This document shows, one piece after another, positions 40,171 through 52,961 of a DNA stretch of 64,000 nt; the stretch's first letter is position 1, and every line of letters begins with the position of its first letter. A program made the position numbers and the translations under genes. Origin of the DNA: Monocercomonoides exilis PA203 (Eukaryota; Protista; Preaxostyla); contig LSRY02000009.1 of the NCBI GenBank assembly GCA_001643675.2, positions 620,001-684,000 on the forward strand, in the 5' to 3' direction. The notes under the pieces were generated by a model, which was not told where the DNA came from, searched no databases, and saw nothing but the letters and a program-made list of their open reading frames with translations.

Positions 40171-41699
40171 AGCTTTTTGTAATAGACTTTCGTGACATAT
40201 AACAGCTCTGCATGTGATAAAACACAGCAACCACATTCGGATCACGAAGACAAATCAATCGCGAAAGATCGACACCATAAAGCGATTTAAAGCAATAAGT
40301 TATTATTGTATTATTTGTTGAACGTGCATTGAAGTTCGGAGTGGAAGAAGAAGAAGAAGATCATGATGATGATGATGAAATTGAATACAAATCCTTCAAA
40401 TGATCATCATCGACACATACAGAATTGGAAACAGCTGCAGATGCGAGTTGTGTCTTTTCAGCAGATTTAACAACTTCAAAAGTTGAATGGCATGAGAGAC
40501 CGATAATGTGATAGAATAGAAAGATGCTGCTGATGAAACATTTTGATAGAATCAGATGAATTATGAGTGAAATGGCGGGCGTTTTCTCTGATGGCTGTGC
40601 GGCTTTTACGGGAAAACGGAGGATTGAAAAGTCCATTAATTTGAATTTGAATTCACATTTATTATCCATCGTGACAAGATATGGCAACGAAGTCTTGCGA
40701 AGAGATCCCGATTGACTGAATGAAGATTGCGTTTGCACAAAAGGATTTCTCGAACAATGAAACAAAATTCCCTTCATGTCTCTTCATTCTTTGAAAACAG
40801 TAGCTGAATTCTCTGATTCATAAATTCAGGTATTTTTCTCATTGAAAATGATGTTATTTGCTCGCTTTCATCCAGATTCAGCTCATGAACACAGCTGATT
40901 TTGATGCATTTCCTTTCCAATCATCATGCAATTGAATGCAAACTGCTATTATGTGTTAAAAGTGCTCAATGAACAATTGAGATAAAAGCTCTCACCAGTC
41001 ATTGTTGTTATTCCTCCATTTGTTAAACCCTGTATTTTTTGATGTTGGAGATGGCCTTTATAAATTTTCCTTGTGGACTCATTTTGCAATGAAACATGTT
41101 TCCCATGTCCTCCTGCCGTTCGTGTGCATTTTGCTTTGAATCGTCAATTCTTTTTGATTTTTTGCTTTTTCGGTTCTTTCTTCTTCTACAATCCTGAAAG
41201 TCACCTCAAATGAAAACAGAAAATATAAAAATAAGACAAAAAACAGAACCATTCATTCATACACACATTAACATTCCCTGTCTTTTTTATTTAATTCACT
41301 TTGTTATTAAAAATTTGAATTCTTTTCTCTTCAAGAAGTGTATTTGCCTGTTTTGCTTTTTCTCCTCAGCAAAACTCCTTTTTGGCATTTGATGTTTCCC
41401 GGACTACAAAATTGGAGGAAATCCAACTCATTAAAAAAAATGTCTCAAAATCCGAAATCCATTGAAGAATCATTATTTTCGATGGTTTGATCAAACGGAA
41501 ACAAAACAATTTGCATTTCTGACCTTTTCCAACCGAAATCATTTGCATCGGTGAATATTCCTTTTTTCACTGATTTTTTAAAGTCAGGCAATTGTTTTTG
41601 TGGTTGCAACCTTTTCGTTTTGCAAGATAATCAAACATGTTTGCATTTATCGATTTCTTTGTTAACTGCACTCATCTGCTCGAAATCAACATTTTTTTC

Positions 41700-43212
41700 A
41701 CGCTACAAGAATGACGTTGTGTATCGATGATAAGCATATCGATGAGATTCGAAAGATTCCCACAAGAGAAAAGTTTTTGAGTTTGCCATTTTATTTGGAT
41801 TAAACAATTTTGACAAAATTTTTGCTTTTTTTTCAATTCCATTTACAGAATTGTTTTGTAAATTGAAATGTTGCAGAGAAGATGAGCAAATGTAGAAAAT
41901 AGAGGAAATGAATGAATTGGTTAATGAAATGAATGGAGAAGAATTTGAATCAGTTTTCACAAAAGAACTGTTCGATACAATCGGCAAAATGATTGAAGAA
42001 AAGAAACTATCACTTGAAGGATTCATTTTATTTTTGAAACGCATTGGATATTGCGTTGCGATGAAAAATGTTTTCATTTCAAGCTTTGTGAAATCTTCTT
42101 TGGATGATAGATTTGAGAAGATGATTGCCATTGAAAATGAAAAGAAAAAGGAAGAAAAAAATGAAAAGCTTTTAACTGATCTTTGCGTTTGCTATATTTT
42201 TCTAAGCTGCAGCTTCACACCCGAAGTGCTTTCAATTTGTTTGCCTTGCCTTCTGAAAATTGCATTGAAGAAAGAGGAAAGCGAGGAGACTCAAAAAGAA
42301 GTTGAAATAGCGTTGCTAGCTTTGAACAAAATTGGGCTTCACGTATGAGCACTTCTTTTTCATTTTTGATATTATTTATTTATTTATTCATTGTTTTTTT
42401 TTTTTATTTTTTTTTATTTATTTATCTGTTTATTTAATTCTGATAAAGAAATCAAAAAAGAGCTGTATTTGAATAAGATTACAGAAATCATCAAATATCA
42501 TCAAGAACATCACCATCTGTCTCATCTTGCATATCAATATGTTTGGGAGTTTTTGATTGATCGACATTGGAATGATGAAAGTATTGAAAAAGTGTTTGTG
42601 AATGAGCTGCATTTTGTGAAAGAAGCAAGAAGAGAATTAGAAGAACTCTCAAAGTGTATCGACTGGAAAAGAAAAGAAGAGAGAAAAGGAGAAAGGGAAG
42701 TGAAGGAAGTTCTTGCTATCGAGAGATGGCTTAATGTTATTGATAATTGCTTATACTTATGCACGTTGCAGAACGTAGAACGTGCCGGACTCGTCAGCAG
42801 TATTGTTCAGGTGTTTAGAGCATCAAGAGATAATTACCCGGATACAAGGCGTCGATGCATTGATTCATTCAAATTTGAAGCAGCAATTGGAAAAGTGAAA
42901 ATTTATGACATGCTGAAAAGCGGAGCTATTGGTGCTGTTTTAGAGGAGATTCAGCGGCCAACAATTAATGATGATTTGATAACAGCTTGCTTGAATTTCT
43001 TTTCGGATATTTTGGAAAGACTGAAAGAAAAGAAAAGATATAAAATGGTAGAAGCTAAAAGAAAGGCAACGAAAATGAAGATGTTTGATTGGATGGAAGA
43101 GGAAGGATATGAAGATAGCATCACAATCCTTTATGGAGAAATTTCTTTTATAAACTTCAAAGATGATTATGAATTTTCTTTGAATATTTCAGATTATTTT
43201 TTGAATATTTGA
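41700..43212 (+). pseudogene. Near-complete member of the expanded family with a premature TAG at 41893
   Basis: EDEQM*KIEEMN.., exon to ~42342, intron, then KELYLNKITEIIKYHQEH..EEEGYEDSI..SLNISDYFLNI. Confidence 0.85.
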
Positions 43213-43769
43213 GAAAATGAAACTCTCTTTGTTAACAAATTTTAATTTATTTTTATTAATTTAATTATTTATTTTTGATTTGATTGATTAATGGTCCAAC
43301 AAAACTTTAACCGTTTTTTGCTAAAAAACAAAAATATTTTTTTCTGTGTTATCTGTTTTTGGCTGTTCAGTTAATGTTTGAAGAAATGAGATTCTTCACA
43401 TTTTGATTTACACTATGCTTGTTTTTTCTTTTTTGATTATTCCCTTTATCAGCAAATGGTTGTTTGCAGCCTTTTTCAGTTGATAATTTTTGTTGGATTG
43501 CGTGATAAATTATCATCTTAGATGAGAATGTTTGAGAAAAAGAGAGTCATATTTATTTTTTAACTCAAAAATTGAAGTTTTTGTTTTTGTATTTGTATTT
43601 ATTTTTGAATTTGTATTTGTAACTCCAAAATTACCCACAATAAAAATATTACAAATTTTAATTTATTGAAAACAATATTTTATCAAAATTTCATCCAATA
43701 TTAAATGCAATTGGAAGCAGATATAACATTTTCTCCATTTTTTCAAGAATATTACAAAGTTTGCTTAAA

Positions 43770-46700
43770 CTAAAGATGAAATCAAATTAATTTGTTGATA
43801 AAAATCAAAGCAGAAAGTTGCGAAAGGAGAAGAAATCAGAAAGATTCGAGAACTCGAGTTAAAAGTTGAATGTTTTCAGACTCAAATAGTTAAATTGAAT
43901 GAAAAAGTTTGAAAAACATATATATTAAGTTTTTTTGATATTTGCTTTTAGAATGAAAAGAATGAACAACGTTTTCTTGAAACTCAAGAAAAATTAAAAG
44001 AAAAAATAATATATTTAGTGTATGCATAAATAATCACAGTTTATTTGTTGTTTAACGTTTTCAAAAGTGATTCATTGGAGAGTGCTTTTGATAGAGAGTC
44101 ATCGCTAAAAACTCAGCTTGAATTTGCTATATCACAACGAGAAGAGGCAATTTCTGCATCAGTTAAATTGGAAAAAGCTTTGCAAGAGATGAGGTCGATG
44201 ATTCAAAATACTGAAGAAGAAAGAGAAAAGAAGAATGAAATTGAGAGACTACGGAACACAGGGAAATTAGCAGAGAGAAGGTGTGCCATTTGAAGGAAAT
44301 ATCATCAAGCGTTGTATTTTTCAACTTGCCAATTACACATCTTAACATAGATTTTGGGAAAGTCTTGCAAGCGATGCAACCTCAGCTTCATTTCAGCCAA
44401 TGTTTGCGGTCAGTTTTCTATTGCAACTCACATTTTGATATTAACACTTATCTTTTGTTAATTTTTATTCTTTTAAAAAAAACCTGATAGAAGGAAAGCA
44501 GAAAAGGAATTGGATTCCAACGAGAATTGCTTTGTGAAAGAATCAAGAGAAAGAAACGCTTTTCATGTGATTGAAGAAGAACACAAAAGGAGAATTAAGC
44601 TGGAAACAGAACTGAGAGAAGAAAAGGCAAAACGAGAAGAAGAAAGGGCAAAGCGAGAAGAAGCCGAAAAAGCGCTGGCAAATGCAAGAAAAGCACTTTC
44701 GAAAGAAAGAGAAGAAAAAAACAGGAAAATGGCGCTGCTTTTGAGAAGAGTCGAAGGATTGAACGGGCAAGTTAAGAGGGTGTGCATATCTTTGAGTGAA
44801 ATATTTTTATTGTGATGTTGAAAGTGAATCATTTTGATTGCGCTGCTTTGTTTCGTTCTTTCTCTTTATTCTTCTTATCGTTTTAATTGTTCTTCTTGCT
44901 CTTCAGCTTTTTATTTTTATTCTTCCTATTATTTTCTTGTTATTTTATTTTTATCTTATTTTATTTTTTATTTTTTTGATCGCATGTTCTCTTCATTTCT
45001 GATGCAGATGACGAAAGAGCTTGACTCTAAAAGCAGTCTTATCAAAACGCTGAACAGAAAACTGAGTGAAAAGAAGGTTTTCGTCAATTCCTCATATTTT
45101 TCTACCCCTCCTTCAAAGAATGTGAAGGATAATAGAAAAGAAACGGGGAAAAAGGAAGAAGGAGAAGGGGAAGGAGGAAGAGAAGGAGGAAGAGAAGAAG
45201 AAGAAGAAGAAGCGAAAGAAGCGAATGAAAGAAGAGAAAGAAGCAAAAGAAGGGAAATATTGAGATTAACTCCACATCATCTACATCAACAACTTCCACT
45301 TCAGAAGAAGAAGAATCTGAAGAAGGAAGAAAGGAAGAAGGAAGAGGAAGAGGAAGATGAAAAACAAGGGATGATGATGATGATGATGGACTTTGCAGAT
45401 GATCCGTATTTGTCAGTGAGAATGGAGCGAATGATTGGAAAACTGCAGAAGATGGAGAAAATGGAGAAAATGGAGAAGATGGAGAAAACACAGGAAAAAG
45501 CACAAATTGAATGTGAATGTGAAAATGGAATGGAAGGAGGAAGAGGAAGAGAAAGAGAATGGGGAAGAAGAAGAGAAGGAGAAAGAGAAAGAGAAGGAGA
45601 AGGAGAAAGAGAAAGAGAAAGAGAAGGAGGAAGAGAGGGAGAATTGGGAAGGGGAAGAGGTATTGGAAAAGATATTTCAGGTTTGGAAGGTTTAACAGGA
45701 ATAAGAGGAGGAAGAAATGAAAACAAAGACGAAGAAAGAGAAAGAGAAAGAAAAGAAAAAATTAAAGTGAGTTTTAATGAAATGAAACAGAAAGATAAAG
45801 AAAAAGAAGAGAACATTGAAAATTATGATAAAGATTATGATGATGAAGAAGAAGATGATGATTATGAATTCAAAGAATATGATTTTGGCAATGAAAGAGA
45901 AAGTATAACAGAAAAAACAAAGCAAATGGAAGAGGAAAAGCAGATGGAAGTGTTAAGTTATTCACAAAAGAAGCAAAAGGGACTAAATAAATTGGAAATG
46001 TTGAGTTTTCAAGAGAAAAATAGCTTTGAAAACAGAATGAAGGAAAAGGGAAGTGACTTTGAAGAAGAAGAAGAAGAAGAAGAAGAAGAAGAAAGCAAAG
46101 AAAAGGAGAGAGAAAGGAAAAAAGATGAAAAAGATAAAAAATTTGAAAAGAAAGCGAAAATAGAAGACTTATCAAGTTTAATTGAAGAAGAAGAAGAAGA
46201 TGATGATGATGATAAAAAAGATAATAAAGATGAAAAAGAAGAAGAAGAAGAAGATAGCATTGATGCTTTCTTTCACAATGACATCAACAATGCCAATGCC
46301 AATGATGAATGTGCATTGGATGTTTTAACAGAAGGTGAGGCAATTGAGCTGATGTTGGAAGACGAAGCGGAATTAAACTCCTTTTTAAACATTAGCAACG
46401 TCAACAAAATTTCAGTTTTGAATGAAAAAAATTCGAAATTTGAAAGAAAAAAAGGGGGAAAAAATGAAGTTGAAAGAATCAGAACGCCTCCGATTGGACG
46501 ATCACTTTCCCCTCCTTCGTCAGCTCAGAAGGCGTCTTGCTTTGCTTCTCCTTCTGATGATTTTGTTGGTGCTTCTTCTTCATCTTTATCTACTTTCTCT
46601 TCATCATCATCATCATCATCTTCTTCTTCTTCTTCTTCTTCTTCTTCTTCTTTATCTTCCTCCTCCTCTTCTTCTATTAATAAGCCATTTTTCTCTCCAA

Positions 46701-47648
46701 ATTCTTCTTTCCCTTCAAAATCTCATGTAACTTTCCCATTCAACATACAACAGAAAAAATCTTCAATTCAAACAGAAATTTTATCAGACAAACAAATTGA
46801 ACAAAGAGAACAAAGAATAAAAGAGAGAAAAAAGGAAAAAGAGGGAAAAGAGGGAAATGACGATAATGATGCAAAAAATGATAAAAATAATAGAGAAGAT
46901 AGAGAAGAAGAAGATAATGAAGAAGAAAAGGATTTTCATAAAGAGAAAGAAGAAGGAGAAGGAATGACAGAAAAAGAAGAAGAAGAAGAAGAAGAAGAAA
47001 GAGAAAGAGAAAGAAAAGGAGAAGAAGTTTTATTTGAGAATAAGCCAAAGAAACAATCTTTTGACGCAAACAAACAAATCATAAAGAAAAAGAATTCAAC
47101 AGAAAGAAGAAGAAGAAGAAGAAAAGGAAGAAGTGAAAGTCAAAGTGAAAGTGAAAGCAGAAGAAGAATAAAAACAAAGAAAACAAAAGATTCAGATGAA
47201 AATTCATCTCATTCACCAGAAAATGACTCGATCGAAGCTGATTTTTCTGCTTCTGCGAAATTCTTCACTCCAAAACGAACAAATCCTTCACAACCATCGC
47301 AAAACTCTTCTTTCTCTTCGCTTTCTTCTTCTTCCTCTTCCTCTTCCTCTCCCTCTTCCTCTCCCTTTTCTTCTTCTTCTTTTATTTCTTCTCCTTCTTT
47401 CTCCGCTTCTTCCTTTTCCTCTTCTCTTTCTGCTCTTTCTGCTCTTTCTGCTCTTTCTGCTCTTTCTGCTCCTTCTTCAGAATCAGCACAAATGTCTTCA
47501 ACAAATTTGATTCGTCTTCCTCTTCAAAAGCATCATCATCATCAAAATAAACATCATGTGAATCACTTTAATAATCAGAAAGAAAGAGAAAGAGAAAGAG
47601 AAAGAGAGAAAAAGCAAGAAAGAGAGAAAGAACAAGAAGAATGCCATA

Positions 47649-47684
<36 letters not shown>

Positions 47685-49078
47685 GTTCAAAGAACACTCA
47701 ATCATCCAATCACAACCACACTCCACATAATCTTCATGACTCAAGCTCTATTTCATTCAAAAGAAATAAGCATTTAAACTCTTTATCTTCTTCTTCTCGT
47801 TCTCGTTCTCGTTCTTCTTCTTCTCCTCCTCCTTCTCTCCATTCTTTCAATGAAAGCAGCATCGAAACGCCAAACGAATCTCAACTTCCTCCTCTTTCTC
47901 CTTCGAATGAAAAGACCAACAGAAAATTTCACAAACATGATTCAAATCTTCCTTCTTCTTCTTCTCTTTCTTCTTCTTCTTCTCTTCAACATCGTCTTCA
48001 TCGTCATCATCATCAACACATCGGTAAACAATTGAAATCTCCTCATTCTTCTGCACCTCCTCAATCCGACAGGCACAATTTAAGTTCAAGTGCTTCTTCT
48101 TCTTCTTCTTCTTCTCTTTCTCCTTCTCCTTTTCTTTCTTCACCTAAAGATAAAAAGAAGAATAGAGAACCAGAAGACATTGACTTACCTCCACTTTCTC
48201 CTTCTTCCTCATTTCTGTTGGATTCATCATCATCTTCTTCTACTACTACTACTACTTCTTCTTCTTCTTCTTCTTCATTGTTATCATTGTCTGCTTCTTC
48301 TTCTTCTTCTAAATCTTCTTCCGCGTCTTCTTCTTTCCATTCCCCTTCTCCTTCTCAAACAAAACAAAAAAATCAAAAATTTGAATTGAAACAAACAGAA
48401 CTTGAACAAAAAACAGAGCAAAATCAAAATAAACAAGAGAATCTGTTGGATCAGATGAAAAATCCTCCATTGTTAATTTCTTCTCCTTCACAATCGTCTT
48501 CTTCTTCCTCTTCAACTCTTTTATCTTCTTCTTCTTCTTCTTCTTCTTCTACTTCTTCATCATCAACTTCTTCTGCCTTTCCTCTTTCTTCGACAATAAT
48601 CAAAAAGAAAAAGCGAAAGAAGAATTTAAAAACAAAAATTGAAACTGTTCTTGTTTCTCTTTCTCCAAATCAGTCTCCAAATTCATCTTCATCTTCATCT
48701 GCTCATTTCACACCCACTTCATTGATAACTTCTTCCTCATCCTCCTCTTTTTCGCATCCTTCTTCTTCTCCAATATCAAATTCTTCTCCTTCTCCTTCTT
48801 CCCCTTCTCTTTCTCCTTCTCACGATAAAGGACCAAAGAAAGGCCAGAAATATCTGTCCATCCTCAAAACAGCCAATCTCAAACTAACAAATCCTGCTTC
48901 TCAGCATCGCTCTCAAAATTCATTGAAGCCACGAAAAATTGTGAATCCGTCTCAAATTGCATCAAGTTCTGTTTCATCTTCGTCGTCTTCATCATTATCG
49001 TCTTCGTCGTCGTCTTCTTCTTCTTCTTCAACTGTTTCACAGAAATTTTTTGATAATACAAAAACAGAAGGAAATTAA
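43770..49078 (+). CDS. Multi-exon gene: coiled-coil N-terminus plus a ~1350-aa E/K/S/H low-complexity region
   Basis: Short coiled-coil exons at ~43800-44780 are separated by AT-rich introns. The last exon starts at CAG|ATG ~45008 and is open to 49078. The 5' exon structure is uncertain. Confidence 0.7.
46061..48560 (+). repeat. Coding microsatellites: (GAA)n, (TCT)n, (CAT)n, (TCTGCTCTT)x4
   Basis: Poly-E at 46061-46093, poly-S at ~46590-46675, SALSALSALSA at ~47425-47470, poly-H at 47651-47683. Confidence 0.85.
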
Positions 49079-49339
49079 AAGAAATTCTTACAAGTTCCAA
49101 GTTTATGGACCATCAAAAAAAAATATTTTTTTATATTAACCAAGAAAGAAAATGTTATATTAATTAATTTAAAATTAGTTTTTTCAGTCGAAAAAGTGTT
49201 TTTAACAATTTTCCATTTTTCTTTTGATCTATCCCATAACATTTTCTTGTTTTTAACAGGTTTGAAATTTTTGTTTATTTTTCGAAAAAATCTTTCTTCG
49301 ATCTTTAATGTGCTTTGGATAAAACAAGAATTTATAATG

Positions 49340-49799
49340 CTTTTTATTACATAAACTGCAGAACGAAGAATCCGCTTTGCTTATTAACAGCATTGTTAAT
49401 TTTTATCTGGCATCTAGTTATGATTACGGAGAAAGAAAGAAGAAATGCACAATTTCACTTGAAGAGGCGGCAGATAATAATGATGTGAAAATTGTAGACT
49501 TCTTGAAAAAAGGTGCAGTTGACGCAGTTTTGGAAGAGATTCAGCGATATGCAATGAATAACTTAGATATGCATCAATACTTGATATTCTTTATGATTAT
49601 TTCAAGAAGATTGAAAGAAAAAACGGATAATGAAATGGAAGAAGCGAAAATAAAGGCAACGAAAATGGAGATATGTGAATGGATGGAAGAAGAAGGATAC
49701 GAAGATTGCGTCATTGGACTGTGCTGTTATATTTGTCACGGGTTTTTTTGCGATTTTCCTTTGATTGAAAATTGTACAGATTATTTTGTGTATTTATAG
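49340..49799 (+). pseudogene. 3' fragment of the expanded family
   Basis: LQNEESALLINSIV..VDFLKKGAVDAVLEEIQR..EEEGYEDC..DYFVYL. The 5' exons are absent. Confidence 0.85.
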
Positions 49800-50266
49800 T
49801 TTTTTTCCTGTTTTGTTTCATTCTCTTCATTTTTTTGCTTTTCCTTCTTCATTTCATTTATTTATTTATTTCATTTTTTTATGATATTTTGTGCAGAATA
49901 TTCATTCCCTCAACAAAATAAGAATTATGATTTACAAAATTGATGAAGGCGTTTTCTCAAAGTATATCAAGAATTTTCAAGAAAAATGAACATTTGTGAA
50001 AAAAAAAACGTAATTGAAAATAAGAAATATAAAAAATCTACCAGAAAAGAATCAAAATTGTTGAATTTTTTTATTTATTTTGAGTAAGAAATATTTTCTT
50101 TTTTTTTAAAAAACACACTGATATTCGTATAACTCACTCAATAAATAATTTCTGGGCTTCAAAAGCTAATAATTTCAAACCAAAATAGTGGGGGAAAAGG
50201 AAAAAATGTTTGCCATTTCACGATTTTTCGATTTTTGACTTTCAAAGTGAAATTCCTCCAATTACC

Positions 50267-50436
50267 TCAAAGATACACAAGAAAATCAGAAATACACAGC
50301 GATAACACACCATAACAGTCTCTGTTAAGAAAGCCAAATATTTCATAAAAGCTAGTGATGAAGTCTTCATATCCTTCTTCTTCCATTTTTTCAAATATCT
50401 CAATTTTGGTTGTCCTTCTTTTCACTTCTTCAACTT
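50267..50436 (-). pseudogene. 3' fragment of the expanded family, truncated at a TIR-like sequence
   Basis: VEEVKRRTTKIEIFEKMEEEGYEDFITSF..SDFLVYL. Homology stops at 50436. Confidence 0.85.
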
Positions 50437-50464
50437 GGGTGATTTTTTTGAAATCATAAAAAAA
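50437..50464 (+). repeat. TIR-like end related to the giant-element TIR (possible left end of a second element)
   Basis: GGGTGATTTTTTTGAAATCATAAAAAAA versus GGGACATTATTTTCGAAATCATAAAAAA at 2514. Sits exactly at a gene truncation point. Confidence 0.6.
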
Positions 50465-50944
50465 GATCAAAAATTGAAATTAAAAAATCTATTGTGGTAT
50501 TTATTGATCAAAGAGAAAAATTGATTTTTTTGCTAGTATTTAGTTTTTTTAACAATAATATAGATTTGTTTTATTTATGTATACAAAAAATACATACCTT
50601 TTGAACGTTTTTGATAAAAAAGTGTTTTTTTGATAAAGTTTAATAAAAATTAACTTATAAAAAATGAATAAAACTTCAGAAAAAAAAAATAGAAGTTTCA
50701 AGACAAACCTAACAATACTGACAATTGGAAAATAAAAATAAAAAATATTGGAAAAGTTTGAAATTTGAATTAAAAAATTTTTTGACTTTCGAAAAATTAC
50801 AATAAAGTGGTTTTTTTATCCGGACATTTTTTTTATCCGGACAAAAATTTTTATTATGAATTATTTCTTCCCACTTTTTGGATATTTTATAATATTTTTG
50901 ATATATAAGGAAAAGTCAGTAATTAGAATTTCAGATTAAATTAC

Positions 50945-51060
50945 TATACCTAATCTCTGATGTGGGGGGGGGGGGGCGGAGATGGGGGGATTAGCTCCTC
51001 CATCTCTGGATTAGTGCCTCCCCTGAGGAGATTAGGTAATAGCAACGGGGCTGACTAAGT
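50945..51060. other. GC-rich nested hairpin with a G13 run in the pogo element 5' region
   Basis: TACCTAATCTC 50947-50957 / GAGATTAGGTA 51028-51038. Inner GGAGATGGGGGG / CTCCTCCATCTCT. The G-run can pair with GCCTCCCCT. Confidence 0.55.
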
Positions 51061-51159
51061 TAGAAATTTATCGAAAATATCTTTTTTTAATTTTTTCTTC
51101 ATTTCAAAAAAAATTTTTTTTAAAAAATCAAAAATGATCATAACCAGAATTTATTTGTT

Positions 51160-52754
51160 ATGAGTGCTGTGAAAAATAGAACAGAACAAGGATTAATAAA
51201 TATTAGAAATCAAATGATGCCATTTGGTTATAGGCAAATAGAAAATCGTTTGGAACGAATTGCAACAATCGTTTTAGATGGAAAGGCAAGGATAGTGGAT
51301 GCAGCCAATCTACATGAATTCAGCCGTTCAGCCATAAATAGAGCATTTACAGCTTTGGAAAATAAAAGAAAAGTCGGCAAAATTGGTCACCCAGAGTTAC
51401 TAACAGACGAAGAAAAGAAAACAGTAGAAGATGTTATTCGTTGTGAAAGTTCAAGCGGAGTGAGCATTTCTGTTTCTCAAATGAAACATTTGGTTTGGTT
51501 TTTCATCCATAAACAAATTAAAAATTTATTGTTATATTATTTTAGATGGAATCTGTAATTTCTGATAGACAAAAAAATCTATTTAAAGAAGAAAAAGAAG
51601 AAGTTGAAATTTTGAAGTCATCGCCCTACTCATTCATAAAAAGGAACCCACACCTCAAAGTATCTCTTCCAAGAAACGTTGATATTCAACGATTGGCTGT
51701 TTCAAATAAACAAACCCTCCAGCCTTTTTACTAACTTCTTCAACATCTTCATAATACTCACAAATATTCTTCTTCTTTGATATTTAACACAGACGAATCT
51801 TCCCTTCGCCTCTCAGATACCACCAAAAAGCTTGTTGTGCATCCTTCCGATTCTCCAGCTGGATTTAACAAAACACCCATGAACATGCCAAACGCCACGT
51901 TGTGCGCTGCAGCTGCTGCAGATGGTTATTCTTTGAAAAGTATCGTTTTATGGCCTTCTAAGAAGATTCCAGCCGAATTGCGTGTGATGCTCAGCTCAAC
52001 AATAAATATCTGGGAAGATAACGATGGCTGGATGACCGACGCAATATTTAGAAGATACGCAGAAGATGTTCTCCTTCCAGGAATCGTGGAAAGACGAACT
52101 CTTTATAATAAAGATGAAGAAAGATGCCTTCTTCTATTGGACTCTCATCCATCGAGAGCTCAGCCCGACATTTGGCAAAAATTCGCTGATGCCTCCATCG
52201 ACGTGGTGACTTATATCCCCCACAGCACGCACCTCACTCAGCTTCTCGACCGTGGAGTATTTGCCGTGTTAAAAAAATGTTTTAACACAAAATATGTCGT
52301 TCCTTCTTCTTCATCTGTCTCTCTTCGAAGAAAAGCAATTGCAGATGCCCTTCCTCAGGCTCTGCAAACAGCATTATTGCCTGAAACAATTGTTTCTTCC
52401 TTTGTCAAAAGTGGAGTGTTATCAAATCAATGGCATGCTGTTCTTTCCACTTTCCCTGATGAGCCTTCTGTCACACTGAAGAAAAAGAACCGCAGATTTG
52501 ATTTTCATGGAAAAATAATTACAGACCAAGATTTTTTGGATGAATGGAGAAATCAAAAGAAAATGAAAGAAGAAAAGATAAGGGATGATGACGATGAAAA
52601 TACTATGGAAAAAAAATTGTTTGATGATGAAAAACCAAAGAAAAGGAAAATTCAACGAAAAAAAGTTTTTTTAGATGATAATTCTGGAGATGAAAGAAAA
52701 CAAGAAAATTCCAGAAAAATAGTCAAGAGAGAGTTGATTGACTATATTTATTAA
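51160..52754 (+). pseudogene. DD35D pogo-type transposase (DDE_1-like) with one premature TAA
   Basis: HTH exon 51160-51492, intron 51493-51545, in-frame TAA at 51732-51734. Motifs FNTDES, LLLLDSHPSR and PHSTHLTQLLDRGVF, with 35 residues between the 2nd and 3rd Asp. Confidence 0.9.
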
Positions 52755-52961
52755 TAGTGTACTTTTTTTTAAAAAACAAACATGCTTTCGTGAAATAAAT
52801 ATTTTTTTATTTTTTCATTCCCATATAAAAAAATATCCGGATAAAAAAACCACCCTAGTTTATTACCTTTAAAATCTTTGACTTAAACATCACTGAATCG
52901 TCATTCCAGTTTAGTGGTCCAGCTTCAACAGCAAAACAAAAGATAAAACCGTAAAAAAGGA

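Larger units (their letters stand above)
50805..52855 (+). mobile_element. pogo/Fot1-like (Tc1/mariner superfamily) transposon, ~32-bp TIRs, TA TSD
   Basis: TA|AAGTGGTTTTTTTATCCGGACATTTTTTT ... AAAAAAATATCCGGATAAAAAAACCACCC|TA. Confidence 0.9.

Noticed and set aside
28297-49100. Many antisense and alternate-frame ORFs (poly-L/F/M/K)
   Set aside because: They are shadows of low-complexity coding sequence on the real strand.
49275-49300. TTATTTTTCGAAAAAATCTTTC as a fourth TIR-family end before the 49.3-kb fragment
   Set aside because: Too degenerate (lacks the terminal CCC) to separate from AT-rich background.
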